A stretch of DNA of 63,258 nucleotides, filler included, from Octopus bimaculoides (taxonomy: Eukaryota), in assembly GCF_001194135.2 (NCBI RefSeq). It is 6 parts of 6 records of this genome, joined end to end, with 100 filler letters (N's around TTAATTAATTAA, not from the genome) between each part and the next. Parts side by side here need not be neighbours in the genome. Positions count along the whole stretch, not along the records: positions 60,253 to 63,258 come from NW_026420301.1; 5 more parts are not named here. One strand, written 5' to 3'. Positions 62,591 to 63,258 of this stretch are shown one piece after another (position 1 is the stretch's first letter; each line of letters opens with the position of its first letter). The notes beneath the pieces were generated by a model. That model was not told where the DNA came from. It was given only the letters and a program-made list of their open reading frames with translations, and did no database searches. The position numbers and the translations under genes were made by a program.

Positions 62591-63029
62591 AATCAATACA
62601 TTACAAATATACATAAAAACATATAAATAAATAGATATATACATTAGAAATATATTGAAAAAATAAATACATATATCGGTCGACTGACAGATTATAAAAT
62701 GAAGTCATAAAAAGAGTTAAGAGTCTACAAAAACGCAGCACAAGTGAGACTTTTAAATGAAGGAGGTGGTGTGCAAAAATAGATGCAAATACCTTTTTTA
62801 TGACAACTGGATCCCCAGAAATGGCCACAGGAGTATTAACTGGATTAGTAATAGTCAAACATTTTTTAAAGACTCTTAACTCTTTTTATGACTTCGTTTT
62901 ATAATCTGTAAGCTGACCTGTATTTGTATTTATTTTTTCAATATATTTTTAATGTATATATCTATATGTTTATATATTTTGATATGTATATTTGTAATGT
63001 ATCGATTACTCTATATGTTTTTATATAAC

Positions 63030-63258
63030 TCTTTTACTTGTTTCAGTCATTTGACCGTGGCCATGCTGGAGCATCGTCTTTAGTCGAACTAACTGACCCC
63101 AGGACTTATTCTTTGTAAGCCTAGTACTTATACTATCAGTCTTTTGTGGCAAACCCCTAAGTTATAGGGGTCGTAAACACACCGACATCGGTTGTCAAGT
63201 GATGGTGGGGGACAAACACAGACACACAAATACATATACATACATACATACATACATA
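63030..63258 (-). mobile_element. Family D SINE 3' half (runs off the window)
   Basis: Family signature. Confidence 0.8.

Overview
Eukaryotic, AT-rich, very repeat-dense draft-assembly window. The microsatellite load and SINE families look like Octopus (inference from recognition, not a database search). The only host gene I can support is the 5' end of acetoacetyl-CoA synthetase (AACS): three coding exons on the minus strand (34825-34711, 28490-28387, 26049-25932). They splice in frame to 112 aa that align by eye with the AACS N-terminus; I found no later exons. The rest is several tRNA-headed SINE families, LINE fragments (RTE, R4/Dong-like, Tx1-like), two Penelope-like elements, Tc1/mariner, hAT, piggyBac-like and Merlin-like MITEs, a Helentron-type element, simple repeats, N gaps, and five artificial N44-TTAATTAATTAA-N44 joins. 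Most ORFs in the supplied track are microsatellite or gap artefacts. The best leads are: a minimal, dimer-type hammerhead ribozyme motif in a Penelope-like element (36671-36719, minus); two foldback MITEs carrying telomeric TTAGGG repeats (one with a perfect telomeric G-quadruplex) in AACS intron 1; a ~340-bp near-perfect foldback; a 25-bp minisatellite of TCF/LEF+Fox motifs in AACS intron 2; a SINE with a 31-bp TSD; and a CpG-decay domain that seems to map the methylated gene body. No CRISPR, rRNA or true tRNA gene was seen. Family assignments are by eye and need Dfam/Repbase/Rfam confirmation.
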